NCBI GenBank assembly: GCA_964473105.1
Contig: CAYYNQ010000042.1
Span: forward strand, 58,507 to 122,506
Direction of reading: 5' to 3'
DNA length: 64,000 nt
Source: an uncultured Candidatus Sumerlaeota bacterium
GTDB taxonomy: Bacteria; Sumerlaeota; Sumerlaeia; MVZB01
Part shown: one piece after another, positions 49,768-60,204 of the stretch
Layout of the letters: each line of letters starts with the position of its first letter
How positions within the stretch are numbered: position 1 is the first letter of the stretch
Notes under the pieces: model-generated
Seen by the model: only the letters and a program-made list of their open reading frames with translations
Told to the model about the DNA's origin: nothing
The model's database searches: none
Translations under genes and position numbers: made by a program

Positions 49768-50730
49768 TCAATCCGGATAACCGGGTGGACTGACATGTAT
49801 TCTCGGCGTGATGCCTTCCCAGTCCAAACGATATACCCTCAGCACCCCGAAATACTCGTTCGTGAACGTTGCAAAGTGAGAGTTCGGGCCGCCGTAATGC
49901 AGGATCTTGAAGACCACGCAGTGGTCACTGAACAGGTTGACGTCACCGTCGAAACATAGCGGATTTTCAGAGACCTTCCAGAAAATGCAGAAATTCCCGG
50001 CTTCATACATGTTCCAGAACAGGTAATACAGTCCGTTGTGCTCAAAAACACAGGTTGACTCGAGGGGACACCAGAACTTCACGGTTTTGTCCCAGACTCG
50101 GTATCTCATCACCGGCCCACGGTCCTCCCAGTGAAGCAGATCCCTAGAATAAGCTGCGGCAATCACCGGGATCCCGGAATCCCTGTCAAATGGCCCTCCT
50201 TTTTCAAAGGCCGTGTAATACATCAAGTAACCATCCCCGTGTTTCATTACCCAGGGATCCCGGCATTCCCTGCTGTCTGCAAAACTCCAGGGGGCCCAGC
50301 TTGTGTCACGACTGTCGAAGACGGGACGGTCGATGGGCCTGTCCCACCTGTAAAGATCCCGGGAACGCGCAAGGCAAATGCTCTGGCGGCGGTTCACATC
50401 GACCCCTGTGTAGAACATGTTATGGATGCCCTCATGCTTGACCACCGAGGGGGCCCACAGCATGAGGTTCTCCAGCCTGCTGTCCGGCAGGATCTCGAGG
50501 ATCGGGCGGTGGGTTGTCCAGTTGATCAGGTCGGGGGATACCGCGTGCCCGATATAGCGGTCAATACCTCTCGATGCCGCGGGATGAATGTCAAGACCAT
50601 CCCTGTGGAATTCCCTGTAGAGATAGAAAAGGTGCCAGCCATCCCCGGCCTCAATGATGCAGAAATCCCCGATGCCCCCGTCCTCGGGTGCGTAAAGGCA
50701 TTTTCGGATGTCTTGGCTGTAGTCGGTCAT
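49768..50730 (-). CDS. Five-bladed beta-propeller glycoside hydrolase (GH32/GH43-like)
   Basis: WHLFY, GHAVSPDLINW, WAPSV, MFYTG, RDP, SRDLLHW, PLES; no signal peptide; GGAGG RBS before ATG 50730. Confidence 0.82.
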   Translation of the reverse strand: MTDYSQDIRKCLYAPEDGGIGDFCIIEAGDGWHLFYLYREFHRDGLDIHPAASRGIDRYIGHAVSPDLINWTTHRPILEILPDSRLENLMLWAPSVVKHEGIHNMFYTGVDVNRRQSICLARSRDLYRWDRPIDRPVFDSRDTSWAPWSFADSRECRDPWVMKHGDGYLMYYTAFEKGGPFDRDSGIPVIAAAYSRDLLHWEDRGPVMRYRVWDKTVKFWCPLESTCVFEHNGLYYLFWNMYEAGNFCIFWKVSENPLCFDGDVNLFSDHCVVFKILHYGGPNSHFATFTNEYFGVLRVYRLDWEGITPRIHVSPPGYPD

Positions 50731-50788
50731 GTTCACCTCCCTCGATGCCACACCGTGAAGAGCTCCATGGTTTCACGCTCCGTTCAGG

Positions 50789-51889
50789 TTATTTCAGAGC
50801 ACGTCCCTCAAGGTATGATCTGGTGGTGTTCATTTCATGCTCGACGTTATCTTCGTCGATGACCTTTATGGGAATGAGGACTTCATGGGGTACAGGCTCA
50901 TTCCTGAGAATTTTAACGGCAAGGTCGACAGCCTCGTACCCACAGGGAGGATAGACCATGGTTGCCGAGACCCTGCCTGCAGCGATTGATTCATAGGTTT
51001 CCTTCATGCCGTCGATCCCAACGCAGATCAACCCGTTCTCACGGCCCACTCCTTCAGCTGCCTGATAGGCTCCGATTGCACGGTCGTCATTATGGCCATA
51101 AACAGCATCAATGTCGGGGAAACGGGTCATGAGATCCTCCATGACGCGGATGGCCTGGTCCTTTCCTTCGGGCACCTCGGGACTGGCCAGCAGCTTGATG
51201 CCCGGGTACTGTGCCAGGGCCCTGACAAAGCCGTCATGCCGGTCCTGGAATGCGGATGCACCCAGTGTCCCATACAACTCGACAACGTTTCCCCTGCAGG
51301 CACCATGCTTTTCCTTCAGTTTGCGTGCGATGTGTTCCGCTGCCAGTTCACCGCAACGGGAATTGCTGCCGGAAACATAGGTCATATAGTTGTCGGTCGG
51401 CACTGATCGGTCGATCAGTACGACGGGGATCCTTGCGTCCCATATTTTTCGCATGGCTGGCATGAGAGCCTTGCCTTCCCAAGGATCAAGGACGATCAAC
51501 TTAACGTTCATTGCAATCAAGTCTTCAACATTAGCGACCTGTTGGCTGGACGATCCTCTGGCGTTGGTCCATCGTATATTCTTGATGATATCGGGGTATT
51601 GCAAGGCCTGTTCATCGATCTCCCGAATGATGGCCTGCGAATATGGGTGTGCATAATAGTTGTGTGCAACACCGATTGTCACGGGTAACTCATCACCATG
51701 GGGGATCATTGGAGCCGGGATCTGTGTTTGGGCATTCCGTGACCGGCCCGTGTTGGTTTCCTCATTCCTTTTATGCGGGCTTTCCTGACCACAAGCACAG
51801 ACAAGGACAAGGGTCATGAGGGCCGACAAAATATTTTCCAGAGAGTTTCTTTGCACGTTACTTTTTCTATCTGAAATCAGGTGATGCAA
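50789..51889 (-). CDS. Sugar ABC transporter substrate-binding protein (RbsB-like, probable lipoprotein)
   Basis: Lipobox-like VCAC; IPVVLIDR, DRHDGF, HNDDRAIGA, VGIDG. Confidence 0.9.
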   Translation of the reverse strand: MHHLISDRKSNVQRNSLENILSALMTLVLVCACGQESPHKRNEETNTGRSRNAQTQIPAPMIPHGDELPVTIGVAHNYYAHPYSQAIIREIDEQALQYPDIIKNIRWTNARGSSSQQVANVEDLIAMNVKLIVLDPWEGKALMPAMRKIWDARIPVVLIDRSVPTDNYMTYVSGSNSRCGELAAEHIARKLKEKHGACRGNVVELYGTLGASAFQDRHDGFVRALAQYPGIKLLASPEVPEGKDQAIRVMEDLMTRFPDIDAVYGHNDDRAIGAYQAAEGVGRENGLICVGIDGMKETYESIAAGRVSATMVYPPCGYEAVDLAVKILRNEPVPHEVLIPIKVIDEDNVEHEMNTTRSYLEGRALK

Positions 51890-51904
51890 GTATAGAAAAT
51901 AATG

Positions 51905-52852
51905 TCACTTTGGGGAACTAAAAACTCTGGCCACCATAATGGTTGTCAGGATGATCATCCCGAATATCAATTGCTGATATTCAAGCGGGATGCCCTGGAT
52001 ATTAAAAAAGTTTCTTATCGTCCCGACGATCAGGACACCCAAGAAGGTCCCAAACAGGGTTCCCGATCCGCCTTCAAGGCGCGTCCCGCCGAGAACCACC
52101 GCGGCCACCACGTTCAGCAGGAACCCCTCAGCAGCAAGTGGTTGTGCGACCTCCAGCCTCGACCCAAGCAAAATTCCCGCCACAGCTGCCAGCAAGCCGC
52201 TCAGCATATAGGCGATGAAAAGGGTCTTCTTGACCGGTATCCCGGCCAGGTGAGCCGCTTCTTCGTTGCCGCCGACTGCGAGCAGGGATCTTCCCAGCGG
52301 TAACCACATCAGAAGAACATGGCCGAGAACAACAGCGATACAGAGGATAACGAATGGAGAAGGGAAAGGACCCAGGCTCCCGTTCGCAATAGAGCTGAAT
52401 GCAGGGATATATTCACCGGTCTCAAGTCTGCCTCCTGTAATCACAAGACAAAGGCCGCGCAAGGTAATCCAAGCGCCAAGCGTGATAATGATCGGACTGG
52501 CCCCAGTCCACACGAGGATGATGCCGTTGATGGATCCCGCTGTGAGTCCGACCAGAAGCACGACAAGAATCGCACCCACCATGCCGATTGGGTCGAGCAG
52601 CAGCACAACAAGCATGCTGCACAAGGCGGCAACGGACTCGATCGAAAGGTCGATGCCCTTGGTGATGATAACCAGCGTCATCGCAACCGCGAGGACACCC
52701 TCGATCGATACCTGGCGGGCTACATTTGCCAGATTCCTGGATGTGAAGAAATCAGGTGACAGAATGCTCCCGGCAGCCAGGAGGATGATCCAGACCCAGA
52801 GCGCGGGCATGCGCAGGATGGAGAATGGGAAGCTGGACCGGCCCGGATTCAA
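51905..52852 (-). CDS. Sugar ABC transporter permease (RbsC-like)
   Basis: VIITKGIDLS, IITLG, AVGGNEEAAHLAGI, AAVVLGGT. Confidence 0.93.
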   Translation of the reverse strand: MNPGRSSFPFSILRMPALWVWIILLAAGSILSPDFFTSRNLANVARQVSIEGVLAVAMTLVIITKGIDLSIESVAALCSMLVVLLLDPIGMVGAILVVLLVGLTAGSINGIILVWTGASPIIITLGAWITLRGLCLVITGGRLETGEYIPAFSSIANGSLGPFPSPFVILCIAVVLGHVLLMWLPLGRSLLAVGGNEEAAHLAGIPVKKTLFIAYMLSGLLAAVAGILLGSRLEVAQPLAAEGFLLNVVAAVVLGGTRLEGGSGTLFGTFLGVLIVGTIRNFFNIQGIPLEYQQLIFGMIILTTIMVARVFSSPK

Positions 52853-53868
52853 GCGCTGTCCTTTCGAAGATGCTGCATGATGACAGCGGCAACGATGATG
52901 GTGCCTGTCAAGAGCTTGTGATAGTGCGGCTGAATATCCATCAGGTTTAGGACATTTTGCAGCAGCGAGATGATCATGATCCCAATGAACGTGCCGATGA
53001 TCGATCCCTTGCCGCCAAGGAAGGTAGTTCCCCCCAGTACGACAGCGGCAATTGTGGTGAACTCATACCCCGACCCGGTTTCCAGTGGATAAACAACGCC
53101 GAAACGGGAGGAGAAAACGATTGCCGCGATGGCACAGAACAGGCCGCTTAGCGTGAAAGTTGCAGCACGAAGCACCGAAACCCTGAAACCGGAATAGAAT
53201 GATGCTGTTTCATTGCCGCCGATGTATCGGACAGCCCGGCCGAACAGGGTCTTGGAAAGAATGAGCTGGGACAGGATGACCAGTGTGATTAGGATGATAA
53301 CCGGGATGGGGATCTCGCCGAGATATCCCTGGCCGATCCTGTTGTAACCGTCCTGTGTGCCACTCAGCCGTTCACCCCCGGTGAGCAAGAAACACAGGCC
53401 CCGGTAAATCATCCATGTGGACAGGGTGACGAGGAATGAATCGAGCCGCATCAGGCCGATGAAAAACCCGTTAATCAGGCCGGCGGCGCAGCCGACGAGC
53501 AGGCAGACGAGGATGATCGGCACGCTACCCATGGATTCCTGAAGCAGCATTGCGGTGGTTGCTACAAGCCCCATGATGGACCCGACCGACAGGTCGATTC
53601 CGCGTGTGATGAAGACGAAGGTCATGCCGATTGCGATGATCCCCTCTGTGGAAATCTGCCGGAGGAGGTTCTTCTGGTTGGCCGGCGAAATGAAGCCCTC
53701 GCCCAGAAATACAGATGCCGTGTAGAGTGCAATGAATACAATCCCGATCCGGGATTCAGGTTCACGAGTCCAGCGCCGCCAAGCGGGTTCGGGTGGTTTC
53801 CTGATTGAGACCGGAAGTTTTGGATCCATGTGACGTCCCGATGATGAAATATTGGCTCTTGATGTCAC
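52849..53868 (-). CDS. Sugar ABC transporter permease (RbsC-like)
   Basis: GIDLSVG, FLVTL, IGGNETAS, YEFTTIAAVVLGGT; start may be ATG 53829. Confidence 0.93.
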   Translation of the reverse strand: MTSRANISSSGRHMDPKLPVSIRKPPEPAWRRWTREPESRIGIVFIALYTASVFLGEGFISPANQKNLLRQISTEGIIAIGMTFVFITRGIDLSVGSIMGLVATTAMLLQESMGSVPIILVCLLVGCAAGLINGFFIGLMRLDSFLVTLSTWMIYRGLCFLLTGGERLSGTQDGYNRIGQGYLGEIPIPVIILITLVILSQLILSKTLFGRAVRYIGGNETASFYSGFRVSVLRAATFTLSGLFCAIAAIVFSSRFGVVYPLETGSGYEFTTIAAVVLGGTTFLGGKGSIIGTFIGIMIISLLQNVLNLMDIQPHYHKLLTGTIIVAAVIMQHLRKDSA

Positions 53869-54167
53869 ATTAAGCCTTCACGTCAGGATTTTGCCATATG
53901 GTTTCGTTTCCGTCAAACAGCCGGCAGGTCCTGTCATAGGAGATTGCTTTGATTTCAAAGCCTGGCGAACCGCCTGAATGCACACATGTCTTAACAGATT
54001 TCCGGTTACCCCCCTCCATAAGTGCATCTTTTCATCATATCTAGTGTTGCCAGATGGAATGGAAGGGTTCATATTGTTGAAATAATATATTTCGAAAGAC
54101 TCGGTTGTGTGGGCTGATCCGAGGGTGGTTGGTTTTTTGAATAGTCCGGAGGAGAGGGAATAAAAAC

Positions 54168-55901
54168 ATGAAACGTAGAGATTTTGTCAGATGTGCCGGG
54201 ACCGCAGCCGCGGCCGCCATGCTGCCCAGCTACCAGAAGATTTTGGCAGACTCCGATTCATCACGCCCGAACATCTTCATGATTTTCACCGACGACACTC
54301 CCCAGAAGGATCACGGGTGTTACGGGAATTCTCATGTCAGGACACCCAACATCGACCGATTCGCCAGTGAGGGCATGGTGTTTAATAATGCCTATACCCC
54401 CGCACCGATGTGCGGACCCAGCCGGGCCTGCCTCTACACGGGCTTGTATCCGATCCGCAATGGCGCACACCCCAACCACGCGTCGGTCAAGCCCAACATG
54501 AAAAGCATGGCGCATTACATGAAGGCGGTGGGATACCGCGTGATCATCCTCGGAAAGCAGCACATCCGCCCGGCCGAATATTTTCCGTTCGAGGAATATG
54601 ACGTGAAATTGGGTTTTGACGGCCCGGGCGGAGATATCCAGAGAATCCTCGCCGACCCGGGGAGCAAGCCGTTGTGCGTGATGATGAACCACTTTGAGAC
54701 TCACTGGCAATTTCACTACAAGCCCGGCACTCAAAAGTATGATCCCCAAAATGTCGAGATTCCGCCTTACCTGGTCGATACCCCTGAAACCCGGCAGCTG
54801 CGGGCAAAATATTATTCGGAGATCGAGTATGTTGACCGGGCTGTTGGGAAGGTTCTGGACCTGCTCAAGGAACGGAACATGGAGGAGAATACCCTCACGA
54901 TCTATGCCTCGGACCATGGATCACACTGGCCGCATGAAAAATGGAACCTTTACGATGCAGGGATCAAGGTCCCGTTCATTGCGCGCTGGCCCGGGAAAAT
55001 CGAGCCCGGTTCAAGCACGGATGCATTGGTCAGCCTGGTGGATATTATTCCAACCTTTATTGATGTGGCCGGCGGCCACCCGGAGCGGGTCGTGGCGGAA
55101 TGCGGCAGTGAACCGCTGGACGGAAAAAGTTTCCTGCCTGTTATGCTGGGTGAAAGTGCCGAGCATCACGATGCGATTTACGGGGTGATGACGTTTGGCG
55201 TGATTACCGGTTACCCGATGCGGGCGATCCGTACACGTCATTACAAGTATATCTGGAATATTGATTCCCACTTCGAGTATCCGGATTACTGGGCGACCAA
55301 TCTCCCAGCCACACAGATGGAGTGGAGTGTTTGGAGTTCATGGCTGCGCAAGGCGGGGGGTGATCCTGTTGCAGCGAAGGTCGTCAACAAGAATCTCTAT
55401 CGTCCACCCGATGAACTGTATGACCTGCGGTCCGACCCTCACGAGATGAACAACATCGCGGGCGATCCGGCACACAAGGATCGACTGGAAGAGATGCGTG
55501 GTCAGCTTCACGCATGGATGAAGGAGCAGGGCGATGCAGGTGACTCGGCCTACCATATGGAGGCCGACCAGGAAGTGAAGCATCTTGACAAGATGTGGAG
55601 TCACCAGCCGGTGGTGAATGTGCATATCCGTCCGACACGGCCGCTTGCCTTTGACGAGGAGGGTACGATCAGCCTGGAAAGCCCAATGTGGAGGGCTGCG
55701 ATCTATTATACCACTGATGGCACCGAGCCCGACCGCAATTCGACGTTATATAAAAAACCTTTTAATGTTTACCCGCCGGTTGTGATCAAGGCGAGGGGAT
55801 ATGACGGGGACATTGTGACCCCGGTCAGGACAACCCATTTTCGTGAAATTGGGCCGACTCTTCTTTACAAGGATTGGTACCCCCCAAAAAACAACAATTA
55901 A
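54168..55901 (+). CDS. Tat-exported Cys-type sulfatase with C-terminal Fn3-associated domain
   Basis: MKRRDFV twin-arginine signal; FTDD, TPNID, CGPSRACLYTG, SDHG, ELYDL..DPHE; IYYTTDGTEP. Confidence 0.93.
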   Translation: MKRRDFVRCAGTAAAAAMLPSYQKILADSDSSRPNIFMIFTDDTPQKDHGCYGNSHVRTPNIDRFASEGMVFNNAYTPAPMCGPSRACLYTGLYPIRNGAHPNHASVKPNMKSMAHYMKAVGYRVIILGKQHIRPAEYFPFEEYDVKLGFDGPGGDIQRILADPGSKPLCVMMNHFETHWQFHYKPGTQKYDPQNVEIPPYLVDTPETRQLRAKYYSEIEYVDRAVGKVLDLLKERNMEENTLTIYASDHGSHWPHEKWNLYDAGIKVPFIARWPGKIEPGSSTDALVSLVDIIPTFIDVAGGHPERVVAECGSEPLDGKSFLPVMLGESAEHHDAIYGVMTFGVITGYPMRAIRTRHYKYIWNIDSHFEYPDYWATNLPATQMEWSVWSSWLRKAGGDPVAAKVVNKNLYRPPDELYDLRSDPHEMNNIAGDPAHKDRLEEMRGQLHAWMKEQGDAGDSAYHMEADQEVKHLDKMWSHQPVVNVHIRPTRPLAFDEEGTISLESPMWRAAIYYTTDGTEPDRNSTLYKKPFNVYPPVVIKARGYDGDIVTPVRTTHFREIGPTLLYKDWYPPKNNN

Positions 55902-56038
55902 ATATTCGTACTCGAAATAAAAATCGGATTCGCTGATACTTGACCACAGAGGAAGTGGCAATATCCGATCCACCTCATTTTCGACAAGACCTCTGGGATC
56001 ACATGGACGTAAATACCGTCACTTGGGGAGCAATAATC

Positions 56039-58201
56039 ATGTCCAGGCCAATTATTAAAATGATGCAATTTCTGGTTTTTGCGTGCGTTGGCTGTTTTCA
56101 ATTTATCACAGCGGCCTCGCATGCGGATAACGATTACGCCGTCCTTAAGCGGCCGGTCCGGACCACCGGACCGCGTGTCACGTCAATCGGTGGTCAGCCG
56201 GTTCACCTCTATGGGGATCTTTATGTTTACTCCCAATCACCGGACTTTCTTCCCGACCGTTCACTGCAGTACGACAACCCGAATCCCAGGACCAAGATCG
56301 ATCCCGCAAAACCCTGGGAGATTCGCAGCAATTACCTGGGGATTCCAGCACGGATCGTTGAGGGTGGGTTCAATGCGCGCTACTCGTTCGTCTCTCCCCA
56401 TGCCGAGCATGAACTCTATTGGCCGGTCCACCTGATCGATGGCGACCCTGACAGCTTCTGGATGATCCGCCGGGATGAACCCTACGAGAAACCGATGCGG
56501 ACCGAGCCGTTTGAGCTGCGCATCGACCTGCCCCGGGAATTCAACATCCGCCAGGTCAATATGCTGGCGATGAACCGCACGATTCCCGAGCATGCATTGA
56601 GAATCAATCCACAGGGGGTCCCGCCCGAGCAACGTTATTACAACCCGATGCCTCGTGAACTCGAGGTCCAGGTCAGTCGTGATGGGCGGCACTGGGATAC
56701 GGTCTACCAGACCGATGATATGAAAAATGTCGAACTGGGCGGGAAAGTCGAACTGCCCTTCCTGCCGCGCGCGGCCAAACAAGTTCGCCTGCTGGGCAAC
56801 GATTTCGGCCCGATGATCCACCCTGACCAGGGACCTTTCATCATTGGCCTGTTTTTCGGTTATACCTGGTCATTCGCTGAACTGGAGCTTCTGGACGACA
56901 AGGGGAACAACGTGGCACTGGCATCAAGGGGCGCTGGCATCACGCAGTATGAGGGCCGGCAGGGCCAATGGGATTTCGATGTCAAAAACGACGTTTCACT
57001 GGCGACACGCTATGACCTGGGCGCCAAATGGATCCGCGCCAATTACTGGGGTGGTAACCTGATGTGGCATTACGTCGAGCAGGAAAAGGGGAAATACGTG
57101 ATCGATCCGGTCTCCGATCTTGCTGTTGATGAGGCCTCCAAGAACGGGATCGAGGTCATCATGGGACTTGAGTATGGGAACTGGCTTTATGCCGACCCGC
57201 CAAGACCAAACCTGCTGAACCAGTTCGACCCGATCCTGATGGATCCACCACCCGCGCCGACCACACCTGAACAAATCGAGGCCTACAAGAACTGGGTCAG
57301 GTTCATGGTGAATCATTTCAAGGACCGCATCACTTGGTGGGAGATCTGGAATGAACCCGGCACGAGCAGCTGGCGATACGGATTTGGTGGCGATCGTGCA
57401 GGAGCACGGAATTATGCCAGTTTGATCAAGGCTGTCGTACCGTTGATCAAGCAGATTCAACCCCATGCAAAGGTTATGGTCAGTAATGCCTATTGGCCTT
57501 GGCCGGTGTTTAGGGAGGAGGTTTTCCGACATGTGGTGGATCTGATCGACGGTTTTGAACTGCATGTCCGGGTTTATGAGTGGAGCCTGGATGGAGAGCA
57601 ATACCGGAATTTGCCAAACCAGATTGTGCAGAACAAAAAGGAAGCCGAGGATATGGGTTACGACGGGATTTACCTCTCGCAGGAGAATCAGTGGTTTCCT
57701 GAGCCGAACCCGGCGCAATGGCTGTCCGGACATATCAAGCCGACGTTCATCGGTCAGGCCAAGAACATGGCGCGACTACTGTTCCAAAACTCGGCGCTTG
57801 ATCTGGTGAGTTTCTGGCAGGGTGGACTTCAGATGGAGAGTGGGACACTGGCTCCGTCCTATTATGTTCTCCGCACGTTGGCGACGATCACCGATGGCGC
57901 GACACCTGCGGATATCAGGGTTGAAACCGACACCCGTTACTGGGTCGATCACTTCGGCCTGAAACGACCGGACGGCAGCCTGCTTCTGGGGGCGTGGTTG
58001 CCCGGTGATGCTGTCGAACTCCATCCAGGCTTGCCGACGAATCTGGAGTTTCCTGGAATCAAGGCGAGATCAATATCAGGGGTGGACGTGATGAATGGGG
58101 TCAGTCAGACAATAAATTTTGAATCAGGTGATACCGGCACGGTGGTCAGCGGACTGGTCCTGCGCGATTACCCGATAGTTCTGCAGATCAACACCGACTG
58201 A
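56039..58201 (+). CDS. Secreted clan GH-A glycoside hydrolase (GH39/GH5-like) with N-terminal discoidin (F5/8 type C)-like domain
   Basis: Signal peptide; LIDGDPDSFW and EVQVSRDGRHW discoidin motifs; WHYVEQEKGKY, WEIWNEP; GGGGAG RBS before ATG 56039. Confidence 0.75.
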   Translation: MSRPIIKMMQFLVFACVGCFQFITAASHADNDYAVLKRPVRTTGPRVTSIGGQPVHLYGDLYVYSQSPDFLPDRSLQYDNPNPRTKIDPAKPWEIRSNYLGIPARIVEGGFNARYSFVSPHAEHELYWPVHLIDGDPDSFWMIRRDEPYEKPMRTEPFELRIDLPREFNIRQVNMLAMNRTIPEHALRINPQGVPPEQRYYNPMPRELEVQVSRDGRHWDTVYQTDDMKNVELGGKVELPFLPRAAKQVRLLGNDFGPMIHPDQGPFIIGLFFGYTWSFAELELLDDKGNNVALASRGAGITQYEGRQGQWDFDVKNDVSLATRYDLGAKWIRANYWGGNLMWHYVEQEKGKYVIDPVSDLAVDEASKNGIEVIMGLEYGNWLYADPPRPNLLNQFDPILMDPPPAPTTPEQIEAYKNWVRFMVNHFKDRITWWEIWNEPGTSSWRYGFGGDRAGARNYASLIKAVVPLIKQIQPHAKVMVSNAYWPWPVFREEVFRHVVDLIDGFELHVRVYEWSLDGEQYRNLPNQIVQNKKEAEDMGYDGIYLSQENQWFPEPNPAQWLSGHIKPTFIGQAKNMARLLFQNSALDLVSFWQGGLQMESGTLAPSYYVLRTLATITDGATPADIRVETDTRYWVDHFGLKRPDGSLLLGAWLPGDAVELHPGLPTNLEFPGIKARSISGVDVMNGVSQTINFESGDTGTVVSGLVLRDYPIVLQINTD

Positions 58202-58382
58202 TTTCTGGGCACGTGCTCCTGATCCCAATCATGATCATTGTCTTGTTCAGGCAGGCCCAGCGAGGTTCCTGCAAGGGCGCGTTGACTTCACTTGCCGGGG
58301 TTATCATGGATTTTCGGTTGTATTTGTCCGCACGCAAATCCAGGTAAAGATCTGGTTCACTGAGAGGTGGGGTGATCACCTG

Positions 58383-59966
58383 TTAGTAGATGTCGGGACC
58401 GGGCCTGATGATTGTAAAACTGTCCAGTTCCTTCCCGGTTTCGGTGATTTGCCGGACGACGAGCTGGTTTCTACCGACATCACACACGGTGAATGAATAA
58501 TCCCGCGCGTTATATCTGTAAATATACTCTTCCCATGCTTGAGGTTTGTCGGTTAGTTCCGGGTTAAACATCGAGGCGCCTCCGGCAGCAGTCGTTATAT
58601 AGATGATGCCCTCGGGCGAGCTTGAGCCATATCCGGGTTGACCATTGAAATTCCTGTCCAGCGTAATCTCGCCGTCCAAAATTGTGTAATAACCCATGAA
58701 CCTCGAATTGGGCGGATACGGCTTGCCCGTGGCTGCAAGGTTCTTCTCCAATGATGCAGGGTCCAGTTTGAACCTGAGGGGATACGTACGCTGGTAACTG
58801 TGTGCATATCCGCTGAAGACAATATGAACACCGCCTTTCTCAAGGATATCGATGATTGCGCGCATGCGCTCGGCGTGGGGAAAGTCAGCTGTTGAATTGA
58901 AGGGAGGGAGATAGCAGGCCACGAATCGCCATCTTGCATCTGCTGCGGTGGCGAGATCGTTCCTCAGCCAGTCGCGCAGCTCCGGGTCGGTCCAGTCGAC
59001 ATGCGGGTTGGAGTCAAGAATCGTCCAGTGTGAGTTCCCATAATCGAATGAGTAATGTGCCATGACTGGGTAATTTCGGCCCATCGTGTCCAGCAGGTTA
59101 TTGAGGCCATCTTTGTCGGCAGTACGGATCGGGTATGTATTCGGACCCCCGTGATAGGCCGGCGGTCCATTTAGAGGTTGAAACCAATAAAGAAAATAAG
59201 CCAGGCCGCCTTCTTGGTCATGTTGCCATCCCGGGTCCTGGACCGTCCACCAGCGCCAGTCATGTTCACCGAGTCCGGCGAGAAACGGCGTGGAACGCAT
59301 CAGCGGCGCCCCGGACCGGGGCGAGGCTTTTGGGGAATTATAAATGGGATAAAACTTGCTGCGGTATTCGCTGATCGTTCCTGAGACATAAACAATATCG
59401 CCCGGGATCACCACAAGGTCGGGCTGCTGTTGATACATCTGGTAAGCAACAGCCCTCTGTTGTTCCGAATCAAACCCACAATCCGCCACGACGATGCATC
59501 GATGGGGTTGCCCGGGCCCCTTGCGTGAACGAAACGATGCTTCAAAGATCTGGGCGCCATCTCGTGACAGCCGGTAATTGTATTCGCCACCGGGTTCGAG
59601 CCCTGTCATCCGGCCATGATATAACCGATGGGGCTCCAATGGACCGGTTGTGATACGTTTCCAGCTCAGGCTGTCGACCCCGGTCCACCCATCCCCTCCT
59701 TTTGTCTGGAAATCGAGCTGCCAGGCGGCATCCTTGTCGAAGGTATGCCAGACAACTTCCATGCCGGTCGGCCGATGGGTCACGGGAGCATCGCCCAGTT
59801 GTAGGTAGGGTTCAACAATGAAGGGAGAGGAATGGTGGTCCTTGTCCGGGCTTTCAGCACGGATGAGCGTATGGGTTAGGATGAGAGGAAAAAATATGCC
59901 GGTCAGTCGACGAGAGGTCCAGGATTTCATAGTGTCAAACATGTTGGTAATGGGCCTTATCTCCAA
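58383..59966 (-). CDS. Secreted purple acid phosphatase-like metallophosphoesterase with N-terminal FN3-like domain
   Basis: PYLQ, GLEPGGEYNY; motifs DCG, GDIVY, GEHD, YSFDYG, SGYAHSYQR; start ambiguous. Confidence 0.85.
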   Translation of the reverse strand: MEIRPITNMFDTMKSWTSRRLTGIFFPLILTHTLIRAESPDKDHHSSPFIVEPYLQLGDAPVTHRPTGMEVVWHTFDKDAAWQLDFQTKGGDGWTGVDSLSWKRITTGPLEPHRLYHGRMTGLEPGGEYNYRLSRDGAQIFEASFRSRKGPGQPHRCIVVADCGFDSEQQRAVAYQMYQQQPDLVVIPGDIVYVSGTISEYRSKFYPIYNSPKASPRSGAPLMRSTPFLAGLGEHDWRWWTVQDPGWQHDQEGGLAYFLYWFQPLNGPPAYHGGPNTYPIRTADKDGLNNLLDTMGRNYPVMAHYSFDYGNSHWTILDSNPHVDWTDPELRDWLRNDLATAADARWRFVACYLPPFNSTADFPHAERMRAIIDILEKGGVHIVFSGYAHSYQRTYPLRFKLDPASLEKNLAATGKPYPPNSRFMGYYTILDGEITLDRNFNGQPGYGSSSPEGIIYITTAAGGASMFNPELTDKPQAWEEYIYRYNARDYSFTVCDVGRNQLVVRQITETGKELDSFTIIRPGPDIY

Positions 59967-60204
59967 GACTGATGCATCCTGGATTCAACGTATCAAACAT
60001 TATTGCAATCATCGAGTTAAATGGGAAATTGCTGCAGGGCCTGAAAGTTGTCCGGACAAGGGGCCAAGTGCACTCGGGACTGCCGGTTATTTTGTTAAAC
60101 ACTCCATATGGGTGGAAAATCGATCGTTACTCTGACGCAAAACGAGAAACAAATCTTCCCTGCCAACGATAAAATCTGGTTTAATTAGACCCGGGGACAA
60201 AAGG

